Positions 53,873-56,184 of a DNA stretch of 56,184 nucleotides are shown here, one piece after another. Origin of the DNA: Priapulus caudatus. Taxonomy: Eukaryota. Where the stretch lies: the NCBI RefSeq assembly GCF_000485595.1, contig NW_014577091.1:250763-306946 (forward strand). Direction: 5' to 3'. The notes under the pieces are model-generated. The model was not told the DNA's origin. It saw only the letters and a list, made by a program, of their open reading frames with translations, and did no database searches. The first letter of the stretch is position 1, and every line of letters starts with the position of its first letter. The translations under genes were made by a program, and so were the position numbers.

Positions 53873-55580
53873 CTAGCGGGATACCCGGTGTTGCCCGGGG
53901 AAATCACTCAAATCAGTGGCGTTACTCAGTTGGTGACCGCTTGGTTGAAAGGAAAATACCCCAAAAAATCGAACTATCTATCTATCCATGCATCCATCCA
54001 TGCCATCCCATCGCACCGCATCCCGGCCCATCCCATCCCATCCCATCGCATGCCATCTCATCGCATCCCAGGCCATGCCATGCCATCCCATCCTATCCCA
54101 TCCCATCCCATCGCATGCCATCCCATCCCATCCCAACAGTAAAAAATAATAAGAAATCAAAAGATAAAAGTCATTAAAATCTCCTCCTTCTCCACCAGCT
54201 TCTCCCTTCTCCCCTTTCTCCTCCGCCAGCTTCTCCCTTCTCCCCTTCCTCCTTCTCCACCAGCTTCTCCCCCTCCTCCTTCTCCACCAGTTCCCTTCTC
54301 CCCTCCTCCTTCTCCACCAGCTTCTCCCCCTCCTCCTCCTCCACCACCTTCTCCCTTCTCCCCTTCCTCCTCCACCAGCTTCTCCTTCTCCTCCTTCTCC
54401 ACCACCTTTTCCCTTCTCCCCTTCCTCCTCCACCAGCTTCTCCCCTTCCTCCTTCTCCACCACCTTCTCCCTTCTCCCCTTCCTCCTCCACCAGCTTCTC
54501 CCCCTCCTCCTTCTCCACCAGCTTCTCCCTCGCCTCCTTCTCCACTAGCTTCTCCCTTCTCCCCCTCCTCCTCCACCAGCTTCTCCCCCTCCTCCTTCTC
54601 CACCAGCTTCTCCCTTCTGCCCTTCCTCATTCTCCACCTCACCAGCTGTCTCGCCCCTGCCTCCTCCACCGAGTCCCTTCCCTCCTCTTCTCCAGCCAAG
54701 CTTCTCCCACCTCCTCCTCCTCACCACCTTAACCTTCTATCTCCCTTCTGCCACTTTCCTCCTTCTCCTACCCAGCTTCTCCCCTCCTCCACCAGTTCTC
54801 CCTTCTCCCCTCCTCCTTCTCCCCCTCCTCAGGTTCCACCAAAGCTTCTCCCTTCTCCGCCCTCCTCCTCCCACCGCTGCCCTTCTCCCCTTCCTCCTCT
54901 TCTCCACCAGCTCCCTCTCACTGCCTTCTCCACACAGCTTCTCCCCTCCTCCTTCTCACCACCTTCTCCCTCTCTCCCCTTCTCCTCCACCAGCTTCTCC
55001 CCTCCTCCTTTCTCCCCTTTCCTCCTCTCCCCCACAGTTCTCCCCCTCCTCTCTTCTCCACCAACCTTCTCCCTCGCCCCTTCCCCAACACCAGCTTTCT
55101 CCCTTCTCGCCCCCCTCCTCCACCAGCTCCTTCCTCGCTTTCCTCCTCGCACCAGCTTCTCCCCCTCCTCCTTCCCAACCGGCTCTCCCCCCTAACTCCA
55201 CCACATTCTCCCTTCTCCCTTCCCTCCTTTTCTAACGCAGCTTCCTCCCCTTCCTCATTCTCCAACAGTTTCTCCCCTCCTCCTTCCCACCAGCTTCCCC
55301 CTCTCCTCCCGCCCCAGCTCGCATTCCCTCCTTCTCCACCCTTCCTCCTGTCTCACAGGCTGTTCTCACCGTCCTCCTCATCCACACCACCTTCTAACCT
55401 TCTCCCCTTCCCTCCTCCACCGAGCTTCTCTCCTTTTCCCCTCCTCATTTTCCCCCAGCTCTCCCCCTGCTACTTCTCCACCAGCTTCTCCCTTCCCCTT
55501 CCTCCCATCAGCTTCTCCCCTCCTGCCTTCTCCACGCAAGCTTCTCACTTCTCCCCCTCCTGCCTTCTCCCACCAGCTGG
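53873..55580 (-). mobile_element. Helitron 3' end with adjoining (CCATC)n and a CCACCAGCTTCTCCC minisatellite
   Basis: minus strand reads CCCGGGCAACACCGGGTATCCCGCTAG|T; duplicate of 45896-47630. Confidence 0.65.
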
Positions 55581-56184
55581 TGTCCCTAGCCGTGAAGTGG
55601 AAAATCGCCATAAATTTGAGCATATATTGCGAAAGTGCGCATGCGCATACGCATCCTATATCATTATTTCGCGAGGTCAGAAATTTCGCAACACCAAGAG
55701 ACGAGCTTGTGATTGGTAGGGTCGGGGACGCCATGGAAGTGCGCATGCGCCTACGCAATCCTATCTCAGATTATTTCGCAAAGTCAGCAAATTCGCGCTA
55801 CACCGGAACGAACGCTGGTAACGTGTCCGGTAATACCGGAACGTACCACTGGTAACTATCTGATAAGTTAGAGTTAGGGTTAGGGTTAGAGGGTTAGGGT
55901 GTACTTGGGGAGTTAGGCGTAGGTGACTCCAAGTGACTCGTTAGTGGAGTAGGCGAAGGTACGGTCCCCGGCATATTAAGATAGACCAGGGTACGTTCCG
56001 GCAGTACTCGGGGGACATAGACCCTGCAGCCGTTAGTAACATCATGATCTTGACCAAGAGCAATAAGTACGTTAAACCGATGCACTAAACCAAAGCAAGT
56101 GCCGCAGAGAGAACAGCGCTCACCACGGCAGGTGTTTCTGATGGCAAACTCACTGTGAAAACGGAATGAAGAGCACTCTCCATC

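Overview
Intron-rich animal (invertebrate-looking) genomic DNA with GT-AG introns, microsatellites and short TTAGGG tracts. It holds two convergent genes, which I spliced by hand with consistent phases. (1) On +, a mitochondrial-type NADP-isocitrate dehydrogenase (IDH2-like) with 10 coding exons at 524-6482; its first exon lies upstream of the window. (2) On -, a p190 RhoGAP (ARHGAP35/ARHGAP5 family) with 28 coding exons at 39056-11802, giving 5310 nt and about 1769 aa (N-GTPase, FF repeats, pseudoGTPases, linker, RhoGAP). The RhoGAP linker has a CRIB-like motif, duplicated tyrosine motifs, several candidate phase-1 cassette or micro-exons and a possible internal first exon. The protein ends in a class I PDZ ligand. 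Introns and the right 16 kb are full of non-autonomous DNA transposons (Harbinger-, Kolobok-, Sola-, hAT-, Helitron- and Helentron-like) and mini/microsatellites. An approximately 3-kb block is duplicated across an assembly gap and may be an artefact. Most ORFs in the supplied track are repeat-derived noise. No CRISPR, tRNA or rRNA was seen.
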